DNA of 64,000 bases from Amoebidium appalachense (lineage: Eukaryota; Protista; Ichthyosporea): contig CAVNZM010000003.1 of the NCBI GenBank assembly GCA_963693365.1, positions 5,514,472 through 5,578,471 of the forward strand, written 5' to 3'. The translations under genes were made by a program, and so were the position numbers. The notes beneath the pieces were generated by a model. The model saw only the letters and a list, made by a program, of their open reading frames with translations, was not told where the DNA came from and searched no databases. Of the stretch, positions 49,935 to 60,703 are shown piece after piece (the first letter of the stretch is position 1; each line of letters starts with the position of its first letter).

Positions 49935-50852
49935 ATGGCTACCGGACAGAACAACTCAAAGGTGGACATGTCGCTTCTGTGGAAGGAGTTCCCCCAGTTC
50001 AAGGATGCAACGGTCCGCGTCGACAAAGCCAGCAAGATGGCAAGTGTCCTCGATGTTCTGCAGCTGATCTTGGAGAGCAACGAAGCGGCCAAGAAGTCGT
50101 GGCAGCGAATTCAGTTGTCCGATGACTACAAACAACTCGAGGAAAAGATGGGGACTCTGTGTCCCCAAGTCCGGATCAATGGCACTGGCAAACTTACCCC
50201 GGTTGCCCCCTTCCGCACCCTCCTCGAGATCATCTACCTGCTCCCTGGCAAGCGCGCTCATGATTTCCGTAAGACTTCTGCCCAGTACATGGCGCGCCTC
50301 CTCTCTGGCGATTTGCTTCTCATCGAGGAGATCGAGGCCCGCTTCGACAACAGCAGCCCCGAGGAGCGCGAGTTCTTCCGCAACGGCACGGACGAGACCC
50401 CTGACCGCAAGCGGCGCCGCGAGGAGCTGGAGGAGGAGCGGAGGCTGCGTCTGCGCCGGGAGGAGGCGGAGATCACGCGTCTCGAGAGGGAGAACCAGAA
50501 GATGGCTATGGACAACCTCGCCCAGTACGAGGCGCTGCTTGAGCGCCTGGGGCTGGACCGTGACCCGCGCATGCGTCAGCTCGTCAACGACTCGGTCTCC
50601 AACATGCTGCTCCCCAACCAGGGTCTGCGAGCCATCGAAGGCACCACCCTCTCCGACTATGTCACGGTGGGGAAGTTTGTGGTCGACCGTGGCATCAAGT
50701 GCAAATCCGCCTCTGCGCTCGGCCGCATGGTCAGCAAGGCCTGGCGTGACAAGATGGGGTGCGAGCCCGAGACGACGCAGATGGTGGTCAACGGGGACGT
50801 GCGCACGGTCAAGCTGTACCCTGTGAGCTTCCTGGCGAAGCACGTTGTGTAG
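49935..50852 (+). CDS. Bro-N-like DNA-binding protein of the type common in large DNA viruses, with coiled coil
   Basis: ASVLDVL..SWQRI..INGTGKLTPVA..LLEIIYLLPGKRAHDFR..A..MARLLSGD; C-terminal ALGRMVSKAWRDK.G.EP..VNG.VR.VKLY; TATA box at 49888. Confidence 0.8.
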   Translation: MATGQNNSKVDMSLLWKEFPQFKDATVRVDKASKMASVLDVLQLILESNEAAKKSWQRIQLSDDYKQLEEKMGTLCPQVRINGTGKLTPVAPFRTLLEIIYLLPGKRAHDFRKTSAQYMARLLSGDLLLIEEIEARFDNSSPEEREFFRNGTDETPDRKRRREELEEERRLRLRREEAEITRLERENQKMAMDNLAQYEALLERLGLDRDPRMRQLVNDSVSNMLLPNQGLRAIEGTTLSDYVTVGKFVVDRGIKCKSASALGRMVSKAWRDKMGCEPETTQMVVNGDVRTVKLYPVSFLAKHVV

Positions 50853-51155
50853 TTTATAGTGGCCGAGGCACACCAACCAGCATCTATTGGATACGACAGG
50901 GGACCAATTGGTCAAAGTGACCAATTGCTCATTTGGTAAGGGAGGGAAGTTGTCACCTGCTGTTCCGGACCCAACGACATACCTTCAAAGTTTCGTTTCT
51001 TCAATCGCAGTAGCCCAACGACATACCTTCAAAGTTTCGTTTCTTCAAACAGAGGAAATGTGCAGGCCGCAATAAATAAAACACAACCAGCTCTGGGACC
51101 TCCCCCGCCCACCCCCCAACAAACAAGAACACCCCTGCGCCCACAACTATTATCC

Positions 51156-51565
51156 ATGCACACGGTAATGTACGCGCTCGTTGCTCTACTTGCACAAGCC
51201 GCCGCCGCCGCCGCCAGCTACGTGACCGTGACGGCCCCCCCCCGACGCCGGCGCCAACCACCCCGACGCCCACCCTCACCCAACCACCCAGATGCACACG
51301 GCTCGTTGCGCAGACGGCCGCCGCAGCGCCCGTGTGCTCGCAGGTGCCGGTGCCGGGGGTGGGGTGCGGGTGGCTGTGCCGCACGGTGGTGCCGCAGAAT
51401 CCGTCGCTCGTGCCGTGCAACCAGTTTGTGGGCTGCAACCTCTACCGACCGGACCCCAAGACCGGCGGGGTGCTGCGGTGCAAGCGGCGCAGGGCCACGT
51501 CGATGCCGTGCGCGCCGGACTTCTGCTGCGTCAAGCCTGCTGGCATCGGTGCAGCAGGGATATAA
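51156..51565 (+). pseudogene. Small secreted Cys-rich protein, frameshifted
   Basis: Signal-like MYALVALLAQAAAAAA in one frame; CSQV..CGWLC..PCNQFVGC..RC..PCAPDFCC in another. Confidence 0.5.
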
Positions 51566-51691
51566 ACTCTTTTGCATATATCGGTCACAGAATGGACGCA
51601 ATCCCCCCCCCCCCCCCCACCCCGCGCGGGAACCCATCCGAAACTGTCCCAGGGAACCACCCATATGTCGAAAAATTCGGCTGTTGTGTAG

Positions 51692-53203
51692 ATGGCTTCA
51701 ACACAGACATTGTCGGTAAAGCCCTACTGCTTCTTCAAGTTTGTCAAACGCAATACCCAACATTTCAAGTTGGAAGACGCACATCTGAAACCCCGCAACA
51801 CCCAGACATACAAGTGGGCTATGGGGGACGTCTGTCTCTCCATCAACTTGTGGAGCACTCAAAATGATGTCGAACCAGTCTGTCTGACCTGTGTTACATC
51901 TCTGGTTTTTGAAGCAGGGCTGGGTGGCTACAGATTGTTGTTTATTTGTATGCGTCAAACAGCTAGTACGGAATACAAGTTTGCTGTAAGGTATGATTCA
52001 AAAAGCCGGTTTCTCGTGGACCAGCGGAAGCACCGTTTCGGGTCGATTGTGGTGAAGTGTGCTCCCTACGTGGCCGAAAAGTACAAACAGGCTATTGTCC
52101 CTGGAAGACCCACGCCCTCGGACATGATGGAGGACATACAAAAAACGTGGCCACTTCTATTTGACTGGTACAACGGCCTCGTTGATCTTCAGAAGTCACT
52201 GGCCGAGCTGATTGGGGTTGGCTCCGTTGAAGCCTCACCGGCTGTGGCAGGGTGTGGCGCCAGGTCTCGGGACAACACCTTCGTACTGCTGCAAACCTAT
52301 CTGCCAAAATCTGTTCGTTTTTCCCCTGGCACATCCCTCAAAATAGAGCATAATAGTGATGCTGTCCCCAAGTCCACACCAGCACTCAGTGTTGTGACGG
52401 ACAATGGTAAAATGTCCACTTGGAAGGTGTCAGCAGGAAAGTGGGGTTTCAGATGCCCGAAAGCATTCGTGTCGAACCTCTCTTCATGGCTGAAAAGCCA
52501 AGAACGTGAGCGCTACTATATAATGCATGTGTCGAGCCCAGAGCATGCTTCTGTTGTCATTATCGATTCGCAAGTCAAGGTGGTCGAGTGCTTTAACATG
52601 TCTGCCCCGGCAGGGCTAATCGCTGACGCCCTCTGTATGTTCCTTGAGGGGGCCGGTTACACTGGAAGCTCGAAAGTTCTGCGCACCTACCAACACGAAT
52701 CTGTATGTAAGAGCCTTCAGACAAGTTTTAGGAGGGTTTTGTATGAAGAACTTGTCGATAGAAACGAAATACACGACTCGGCATGTGCCTCCTGGTTGAT
52801 GGTCTACATACTCCTGCGCACGTCAAGCTTCGACTGGGGTTCCCAACCGGGCAATGGAAACACCATTGGGGAACGGGTCTGCAATCATATAACGACAAAG
52901 CTTGAGAAGGTGGACAGAGGATTCCGGGCAGTCTACAAAATCGGGGCCGTGCTGTCCCTGTACGGGAAGCAACTGACCGAACTCTACTGGGCTAAGATGC
53001 ATGGAGGAGAGATAAATGTGGTGCAGCCGAATCTTGATGACCCACGGTACACACAGGTAATAAGAGAGGTAATAACCAAGAAAACGGTCGTGTTGACCGA
53101 TGCCGAGCTTGAAGCCGCAGGACTGCCGAGGCGCAGGGATGGAGAGCGGCTTGTGGAAGACATCGCGAAAGCAGCAGCGACAACTCCGAATGCAAGTGTG
53201 TGA
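51692..53203 (+). CDS. Putative clan-CE-like cysteine protease, paralog 1
   Basis: HASVVIID..VVECFN...LQ...DSACASW.MVYILLR gives a His-(Glu/Asn)-Gln-Cys order; paralog of 61112-62617. Confidence 0.6.
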   Translation: MASTQTLSVKPYCFFKFVKRNTQHFKLEDAHLKPRNTQTYKWAMGDVCLSINLWSTQNDVEPVCLTCVTSLVFEAGLGGYRLLFICMRQTASTEYKFAVRYDSKSRFLVDQRKHRFGSIVVKCAPYVAEKYKQAIVPGRPTPSDMMEDIQKTWPLLFDWYNGLVDLQKSLAELIGVGSVEASPAVAGCGARSRDNTFVLLQTYLPKSVRFSPGTSLKIEHNSDAVPKSTPALSVVTDNGKMSTWKVSAGKWGFRCPKAFVSNLSSWLKSQERERYYIMHVSSPEHASVVIIDSQVKVVECFNMSAPAGLIADALCMFLEGAGYTGSSKVLRTYQHESVCKSLQTSFRRVLYEELVDRNEIHDSACASWLMVYILLRTSSFDWGSQPGNGNTIGERVCNHITTKLEKVDRGFRAVYKIGAVLSLYGKQLTELYWAKMHGGEINVVQPNLDDPRYTQVIREVITKKTVVLTDAELEAAGLPRRRDGERLVEDIAKAAATTPNASV

Positions 53204-53558
53204 TATATCTGTGATATCTCTGGCTTGCTTCTCTTTCATACTAATTATGTGACAGATACGCGTGGTTTGATTGGTACGAGCTGAAGGGGACAAAGCAGCT
53301 CATTGCCAAGTTGGACGGAAAAATCTGCAGTGCAGATAATATTGTGCGGTCAGATATGTGTTCGCTGTTGTCGGGTCGTCCGACAATTGTGATCAACATC
53401 CGAATGAGACAATAATCATCATCCCTGAAATTCAGGGTTCATTAGTTTGGTGCCCAAACTCACCATCACCATCGATTTTGGCACCATCGGTGGTTAGACC
53501 TGAAGGTATAAAAGGAGCAGTCCAGACCATAATTCATCATTCTGCAGCAACCATCAAG

Positions 53559-55126
53559 ATGGAGACAACCCAGAACATGGACATCAACAACAACATGCAG
53601 AGCGACAACATCGACAGCATGGACACGGACGACAGTATGGAGGAGAACGCATCCCTTGAGGACACCATCCGCACCCTTCTGCTTGACCCCGAGCGCTCCC
53701 GCATCCGCTACTGGGCGCTCCTCTCCGACCACACCGACCTGCACGAGCGTGCCGCCACAGCCCTCGGCGACACCAAGCGATTTGGGGTTGTCGCCCAGGA
53801 CACCCGCACCCTGCCGTCCGGCAAGACCCTGTCCCTCGTCCGCCTGCGTGAACAGGTGCACGCCACCTCCGTGCGTGGTGTACTCGGCGACCCCTCCATC
53901 AGCATCTGGAAGGTGGCGGACAACAAGGCCCTTGCCGAAGCCATGCGCCAGCTGCCCACGGCGGTTCCGGGCATGGACCTCGACGGCGACGGGCTGGCCG
54001 CGACCCTGTTCAAGTTCGGAGAGGGTGGTGGTGACTGGAGCGGCAAGACCATCCGCTGCACCAACACCGTGCCCCGGAAAGCTTCCGTGTTGGACGTGCT
54101 TGCAGCCATTGGATATGCAAAACCTGCCAACGACAAATTATGGAGGATGAACTCCTTGCTAGTGATCCGTCAGTGATTAACTCAGCCCATGATTCGGGCT
54201 GGGTTGATCATCAGAGCGTGCAACCCCGGTCGCCGATGCCAAATGCCTGGTGCGCATCATCCTGGCCCTGACCGGTCCCAAGGTTGCTGCTTTCAAGGCT
54301 GCGGCCGCTGAGCTCATCGTGCGCTACCTGGGTGGTGACGAGACTTTGGTTGACGAGGTGCGCGCCAACCGTCGTCTTCAGGAGTCCCTCCCCGAGGGCA
54401 GCGGCGCTCGCCTGTTCGGGGAGTACGTGGAGAACGGGGGTGCCGGGGGGATCCGAGGAGCACGGGGCTGCCTACTGGCAGACGCTGCTCCAGAACATGC
54501 AGCGCACAATCGAGGACCGGAACATTACCATCGAGGAGCGCAACAAGACCATCCGAGACCGGGACACCCTCATTGAGCAGCAGCAGCTCATCATCGAGTA
54601 CAGCAAGTCCCACGTGGCCCGCCTCACCAGCGCCCTCAACAGCACGGCCCAGGCCTTCACCCCCCGCATCCTACCCGAGGACCCGGACAGCTCCGCCCTC
54701 GGGGGCACAGGCAACCCCTTCCTGCGTGACCGCCTGTACAACCTTCCCCGCAGCGTCACCGCCGCCATGTTTGGAGGGTCTACCAAGGGCTCTGTTGGAC
54801 TCGTGCGCCGCTATGTACTCGAGGTGCTGAACGTGGAGATCTACACCGACAAGCCCGACACGGCAGTGGTGGGGGTCATCGGAGCTGACATGGCTATCCA
54901 GCGCGCCATCAAGCTGCGCTCAGCACTCGGCTGGGGACGTGCGGTCATGTCCACCGAGATCACTGCCCGCCAGGCCTACACCATCTTCTTGGCCACGGCG
55001 GTTTGGCTGGAGGGGGAGGCACCCCCAACCCCGGAGGTTGCCGAGTTCAAGTACACGGCGCAGGTGTTCAGGAACGCATACGAGGGGCTGGTCCCTGCCA
55101 GCGTGCAGCCCAGACTGGGCTGTTGA
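53559..55126 (+). pseudogene. Second Bro-N-like / coiled-coil gene with several frameshifts
   Basis: KASVLDVL (ORF 53358), RATPVADAKCLVRIILALTGPKVAAFK..LIVRYLGGDETLVDEV (ORF 54250), coiled coil (ORF 54284); same TATA motif as the 49935 gene at 53505. Confidence 0.75.
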
Positions 55127-55472
55127 TTTCTCAGGCATGCTTTTTCATACCCTGAGCTAGGTTAATTGTCATCCGTGTAGCATTACAGTCTCCATGAAAT
55201 AAAGCGCTTTATTCTTACATCTTCCCCGACCACCCAGGCCTGCAGAACAGGTACCACTGTGACAGCCCGGGGTGGGGGGCGCAGACATTTTTGGTTTGAT
55301 TGGTACAAGTTGAAGGGGACAAAGGAACTCATTGCTAAGTTGGAGGGGAAAATCTGCAGTGCAGATATGCAGTCAAGCTCGACACAGACAACCAACGGGC
55401 CAATCTATACCTCTGGTCCATGGGACCGGAAGCCGGTCTATAAGAAACAAATAAAGAGATGAATTGCTTTTT

Positions 55473-56082
55473 TTATTTTGTACACTGTCTGTTTGCTTGC
55501 ATATGCCCTCTGCGTGACCCCCCCTTCTGATTCCGACAGAACAGGTACCACAGACCGTGCAGCAGCGCATCCGCCATGTCGTCCTTCTTGCCCTCCCGCC
55601 CAAACTTGTCCCGCCACCCCTGCTCACTCTGCAGCTTCAGCGCTTGCTGCGTGTCGACCACCGCACGCCGCTTGTACACCGCATACGCCGCCTTGCCCGT
55701 CTCCGCGGGGGCCATTCCGTGGCGGGCGAGCCACGCCCCGCACTGGTTCTTGCGCGTGCCGTGCTGCAGCACCACGCCGGGCCCGTGGCCATTGGTCAAT
55801 CTGAGGGTGAGGAAGTACGCCTGCAGCGCGTGCGCCAGCACGCTCAGCTTGGTGACCATCTGGCGCTCGATGACGACCATGTCGACGTCCGCGAACAGCG
55901 CGCGGTCCTCGTGCAGCCGGCGCAGCAGCAGCTCCACCAGCACCGTGGCCGTGGTGTCCGGGTTGCCCACGAGCCAGCGGTCCCACGTGTGGATGATGAA
56001 GGGGGTGGCGCGGGTCGTCGGTGGTGCTGAGCACGCACACCACCAGGTTCAGGAAGCCGACGTCGATGGCGGCCACACGCAT
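55473..56082 (-). CDS. Poxvirus A22/RuvC-like Holliday junction resolvase (one frameshift near 56005)
   Basis: MRVAAIDVGFLNL...VVIERQ...RK...YKRRAV...KKDDMADALL; acidic catalytic residues present. Confidence 0.88.
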
Positions 56083-56159
56083 TGTGGGGGTGGGGGTTGG
56101 GGGATTCCCTTTTATGCTTCCCTGCCCAACTCGTTTACAAGAATATTGTTGGCACAGGC

Positions 56160-56675
56160 ATGGGAACCGGGACTTCACACGCCACATGGGGATGGGACGC
56201 GGATTACGACCACGAGGTGTTTATCGACGGCGGCTCGGATTTGGCCGAAATGATACCACGGCTGGGCCAGCCGAACACATTCTACTTGCAGCTGACACTG
56301 CCGTGCGAGGATGTGTTGTCCGGGCAGGAGTCGTTTCTGTTCTTGATCGAAAGCGCACAGGCGCGGGAGCCCTGGATGATCCATGGGAGGGGGCACTACA
56401 ACTGGCTCATGGTCGGGCGGCTCGAGGGGGTCCCCGTCGTCGTCAACATCATCTTCTTCGGTGACGAGGAGGAGGACAGGTTTGGCGTGTTCCTCATGGA
56501 GACGTTGTCCGATCCCCAGTACACCGACCGCTACCAGCAGTTCCAGGAGCGCGCGCGTCACTGCGGCATGGCTGTGGCGCGCCGTGCGGCGTACGCGACA
56601 TTCGAGTCCTTCTCGTTCGTGCCTAGGTTCCCACAGGTTGAACGCCCCGCTGACAGGGCGGCTATGGGCGGGTAG
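56160..56675 (+). CDS. Hypothetical protein
   Basis: 171-aa ORF with GC3 bias, divergent from the resolvase across about 77 bp. Confidence 0.65.
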   Translation: MGTGTSHATWGWDADYDHEVFIDGGSDLAEMIPRLGQPNTFYLQLTLPCEDVLSGQESFLFLIESAQAREPWMIHGRGHYNWLMVGRLEGVPVVVNIIFFGDEEEDRFGVFLMETLSDPQYTDRYQQFQERARHCGMAVARRAAYATFESFSFVPRFPQVERPADRAAMGG

Positions 56676-56689
56676 AGGTAATCTCAACC

Positions 56690-56930
56690 TCCAAAGCTTC
56701 TTGTATGTCATCGGCGACTTCATCACCCCATGGATATCAGTTTCTGCGAGTACACTGCTAACCGACCCCTTGTCTTCTGAATTGAGTTCCCCGATGACCT
56801 CACACCACTTTGGACGAAACAAAGGATTGGCATCAGTGACAAAAGCAGTAGCTAAATCCAAAGTGATCCAAGTACCCCGAAGGTACTCCTTGTCAATGCC
56901 CTGGGACTGATTCCGAGGGTGGTCATCTAA
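56690..56930 (-). pseudogene. KilA-N domain C-terminal half fragment
   Basis: GIDKEYLRGTWITLDLATAFVTDANPLF resembles the KilA-N pattern GTWVH..LA..FA.W.SP.F. Confidence 0.6.
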
Positions 56931-57064
56931 CCTGACCCGCCCTGCACGTCAAAGGTGTTCTCCCAAATCGAAGGAGAAGATTCTGACCCGCCCTGCAACC
57001 TGCCCTGCACGTCAAAGGTGTTCTATTCCCACCCCTACCGGTCCAAAGACAAATGTGATCTAAA

Positions 57065-57538
57065 ATGGCTACCCTCATACCCCAGCCACCAACGTACACA
57101 TCGGTGATCCACTCGCAACCCTCAGCTCAGAGAGTGGTTATGCGGGATGGAAAAGTTCTGAAGGAAGGGGAGATAACGCCTATTACGGACACTGAAGGAA
57201 ACGTGCTTACATATGGAGAAGTACGGAAGGGCGGTGAGTTGTGGGTGAATGCTACCTATATTGCAAAGCAGTGTAAAGCACGATGGCACAACTGGATCAG
57301 ATTGGAGGGAAGCAAGAAGTTGGTGAAAGCGATTGAAAGACTGAACGGTAAAACTTCTCTATCAAGCCTTGACTCAGATGTGAGTCTTGACCATGACTCA
57401 GATGTGAGTCGCGACCGACTTGTTGACTCAGATGTGAGTTTTGGATTAGTATCACCATTCAGTGATCCCTGCACTCAAAGGTGTTCTCCCTCATCGAAGC
57501 AAACGCGCAGGAAATATTTGGGAGTCTGTTTTATTTAA
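57065..57538 (+). pseudogene. KilA-N domain N-terminal half, truncated
   Basis: LWVNATYIAKQCKARWHNWIRLEGSKKLVKAI, then GACTCAGATGTGAGT x3 and loss of similarity. Confidence 0.75.
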
Positions 57539-58889
57539 CCGCGACCAGCGCCGAGAAGCACCCGGTCACACGCGTCCCGGTCTCGTCCACCACCACCAGT
57601 CGCAGCGTGTCGACGTGATCCAGCGTCCCCAAGATCTGCGGGCTCGCCAGCATGTCGTCCACCGCCCCGCCCGCCGCCCCCTGCACGCCCGGCGCCATGA
57701 TGCGCCCCTGCAGGTTCGTCTCGCCCTGCATGACGTGCACCATGAGCGCCCCCCGCGGGCCCAGGGGTGCATCCGTCCCAAACACGCACTGGATGTTGTC
57801 GCCCTGGCACGGCAGCTGCTGGTCGCCCTCCTCCACGGCCGCATGGTCTCGCCCGTCGAAGTAGCGGGCCAGCGGAGGCAGCCCCGCTGTCAGGCTGTGG
57901 CTGACGTGCGCGCCGGCCGCCATTCCCAGCACGCTCCCGAGCCCCCGGCACACGTCAAGCGAGAACGTCGGCACCGACGCATACGGCAGCCAGTGCTTCA
58001 TGGTGTCCGGGTCCATGTTCTTGCGGTGGTGGATGCTGATGACCAGTCGCCCGGGCAGCGCGAGCTTCGAGGGCGTCATGAGGTTGTACAGCGTGTTGTG
58101 GAACGGCCACTGGATGCGCCCGTGGGTGTCACGCTCGTTGGCCAGCTCACGCCACGCCCATGCGTTCTCCCTGTAGTACAGCTGCGCGAGCATCAGCGCC
58201 TCGAATGCGATCTCGTCGCGCGGGCCCTGCCGGCGTGGCGCCCACCGCGTCTTGCACACAAAGTCCTGGTGCCTGGTCCACGCCTCGCCGTTGCGCTCGG
58301 CGTCCCGGCGCAACCGCTCCGTGTGTGTGACGCTGGCGTAGTAGGGCAGCGTGTCCGGGTACATCTCCAAAATGTCCGCCACCTCCTCGGGGCTGTAGCT
58401 GGGGTTGAAGCATGCGGCGATGGCGGCGTCCAGACGCATCTCGAGTTCGGCGCACAGGGTGTCCAGGGTGTAGTTGCCCACAGGCAGGTACACGTCGGTG
58501 GACGCCTTCACCCACATGCCTGGGGGCCGGCCGTCGGGCGAGTCCAGGTACGACAGCGACAGCGTGAGCTTGTTGGCGCCCTCGCACACGTCGTACACGC
58601 TGTGCGCCTTGATGCCCTCAACACGGATGCCGTGCACGGACTGGGTGGCGGGAAACTCCACCTGCAGCGGCCGGCACTCGGACCCGCCCGTCACGAAGTG
58701 GTAGCGCCACTGGCCCTGCGGCGGCTGCGGGGGCTCGACACGCGGGGGCGCCTCGCTCGGCACCGACACGCTGCGGGGGGCCGAGGGCAGGGCTGGCCCG
58801 TGCGGGAACGCTGCCCGGCGCGCCACGGCTGCCGAGAAATCGATGTGGGACGCCATGTCGTCAAGGATGCGGGAGCGCGCATGCGACAT
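57531..58889 (-). CDS. Penton / minor-capsid-like (single jelly-roll) protein
   Basis: VYDVCEGANKL...VYLPVGNYTLDTLCAELE..L, LGSVLG and C-terminal VDTLRLVVVDETG match patterns seen in polinton, virophage and NCLDV minor capsid proteins. Confidence 0.6.
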   Translation of the reverse strand: MSHARSRILDDMASHIDFSAAVARRAAFPHGPALPSAPRSVSVPSEAPPRVEPPQPPQGQWRYHFVTGGSECRPLQVEFPATQSVHGIRVEGIKAHSVYDVCEGANKLTLSLSYLDSPDGRPPGMWVKASTDVYLPVGNYTLDTLCAELEMRLDAAIAACFNPSYSPEEVADILEMYPDTLPYYASVTHTERLRRDAERNGEAWTRHQDFVCKTRWAPRRQGPRDEIAFEALMLAQLYYRENAWAWRELANERDTHGRIQWPFHNTLYNLMTPSKLALPGRLVISIHHRKNMDPDTMKHWLPYASVPTFSLDVCRGLGSVLGMAAGAHVSHSLTAGLPPLARYFDGRDHAAVEEGDQQLPCQGDNIQCVFGTDAPLGPRGALMVHVMQGETNLQGRIMAPGVQGAAGGAVDDMLASPQILGTLDHVDTLRLVVVDETGTRVTGCFSALVAVK

Positions 58890-59067
58890 TACATTGGGGC
58901 ACAATAAAAAAGAAGCCAGCTCTAGACACAAGATCAAACAGCCATCAAATTGGCCATATACACGACAAAGAAAAACAAGGTTGCCAAATATCTTTGTAGC
59001 AGCGTGCACCCAAACCAGGGGGCAATGGAAATGCCAGCCTTTCTTACATTTGTTCATCTGATTCATG

Positions 59068-59571
59068 CTAGAACTCAACCAGCTTGCCATGTTGCTTCTC
59101 GCTCTCCGGCACTTGTGCGGCCATCACATACGTGACCTGCGATTCCGATGCAGCCACACCGGACTTGTTTGACCACGCATCCAACGGCCATTTCTTGACG
59201 GCTTTTCTCATGTAGCAATAGCCTTTTGGCCGCTTCCCGTCCATATCCTGCCATGGCGAATAGCCCACCTGTTGGCATCCGCTCATAGATTGGCATCGGT
59301 TAATGCACTGACTGGCCGACGTGTACCCATAGTTCACCGGGTCTTGCCAGTCGTTAAACGTGTTGTCCGTGCTGTGGTCCCCCACTTGGTCGAAAGCATA
59401 CCACTGTGTCCGTGCGACTGCAGGGGTACTGTCGTTTTTGCCGGGGCCAGGCTTAGGGGTACTGTCGTTTTTGCCAGGGGCAGGTTTGGGTTCGTACTTG
59501 ATGTATGCCCATGCCAACACACCGATAGTAAGCATTAGAATGATTAAGGCAATCGCATTTGACAAGTCCAT
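59068..59571 (-). CDS. Membrane-anchored protein with PAN/Apple-like domain
   Basis: N-terminal TM, duplicated PGKNDSTP stalk, SASQCINRCQSMSGCQQVGY...CYMR. Confidence 0.7.
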   Translation of the reverse strand: MDLSNAIALIILMLTIGVLAWAYIKYEPKPAPGKNDSTPKPGPGKNDSTPAVARTQWYAFDQVGDHSTDNTFNDWQDPVNYGYTSASQCINRCQSMSGCQQVGYSPWQDMDGKRPKGYCYMRKAVKKWPLDAWSNKSGVAASESQVTYVMAAQVPESEKQHGKLVEF

Positions 59572-59651
59572 TCTTCTTGCGCAAATTAAAAGCTGGCGTG
59601 GCTGAACAAAACAAAGAATGGACAGGCCAACTCTGGTTTTCCGAGAAATGA

Positions 59652-60047
59652 TTAACGTCTGATGAGCGTGCAACGGCACTCCCAGTTGGATGCGTTCACC
59701 CCGGCGGGTGGTGCGGGCGGGTCCACGGGCATCGTGGGCATGGGTTCGTCGGTTGGGTCGCCTTCAGTGATGGAGGTGGGGATCTCGAATACGTCGGTGT
59801 CCGTTTCGGTGGGAGTTTCCGAGGCCGAGGTGGTTTCGATGGTTTGAATCGAAGCGGCGGCTGTGGTGGTGGCTGCAACGGTCTCCACGTGCGTCAGGGT
59901 CGCCCACCACGTCTTTGTTTCGGCAGTGGAGCTGGGCGGCACGTGCGCGGTGGTTGCCGCAAGGGTTGCCGAGCTCGCAAACACCAGGCACTCGGGGGCC
60001 GCAAGGACCAGTGCAAGCAGGGGGGGACACAGGAGCAGCGCACGCAT
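59652..60047 (-). CDS. Secreted Thr/Pro-rich mucin-like protein
   Basis: Signal MRALLLCPPLLALVLA, T/E/P-rich body, C-terminal WECRC. Confidence 0.65.
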   Translation of the reverse strand: MRALLLCPPLLALVLAAPECLVFASSATLAATTAHVPPSSTAETKTWWATLTHVETVAATTTAAASIQTIETTSASETPTETDTDVFEIPTSITEGDPTDEPMPTMPVDPPAPPAGVNASNWECRCTLIRR

Positions 60048-60067
60048 TGATAGATGGCTACAAAATA

Positions 60068-60655
60068 TCAGAGCTCGAGCAGCGCCAGAAAAAGCGTCAG
60101 GCCCGGGAACGGGAACAGGTCCACGCACACGCGCACGCGCCACACGTGCAGCAGGCACAGCGCAAGGTTGACGCCGCGGAACCCATACTGCATGGTGGGG
60201 CTCGTGTCTGCGACCGAGGACACAAACCACGAGGGCATGGGCAGGGGCCCCACGCCGAGCACGCCGATGGAGAAGGCCACGCCGAGCTCCACGCGGCCCT
60301 GGGGCGGTGCGCTAGGTGGGGGGAGAGCCGGCAGGTCTTTGTCGTGCAGACGCACCCGCACGCCCGCCAGACCCGTGTCGGGAACGTGGTTGGGCTGCGG
60401 GAGCGGGCAGTCGCTGAACCCAAAAGAGCTCGCCTGAGCCGGGTCATCGGTGAACGTGACGACGTTGGCCTCGGGCAGCGCCCTCCAGTACATGCGTGTC
60501 TCACCGAGCATGGCGGTGACCTTGTCGCCGTCACGCCGCCACCGCAGGCCCATGCCCGTGTGCCTCGTGTTGGCCAGGTCCTCGGGCCACTCCACCGGGC
60601 AGCTGAGCAGCGCGAGGTTGCGGCTGACGAAGCGGTCGCCGTGCGTGATGTGCAT
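60068..60655 (-). CDS. Hypothetical protein
   Basis: 195-aa ORF tiling exactly between its neighbours. Confidence 0.5.
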   Translation of the reverse strand: MHITHGDRFVSRNLALLSCPVEWPEDLANTRHTGMGLRWRRDGDKVTAMLGETRMYWRALPEANVVTFTDDPAQASSFGFSDCPLPQPNHVPDTGLAGVRVRLHDKDLPALPPPSAPPQGRVELGVAFSIGVLGVGPLPMPSWFVSSVADTSPTMQYGFRGVNLALCLLHVWRVRVCVDLFPFPGLTLFLALLEL

Positions 60656-60703
60656 GCACTACAGGAAGATTAAGCCGGCACAAAATGCGCCCGTGACGTA
60701 ACA

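Noticed and set aside
48908-58907. Long antisense ORFs (48908-50092, 49956-50924, 57462-58907)
   Set aside because: Shadow frames of GC3-rich genes on the opposite strand.
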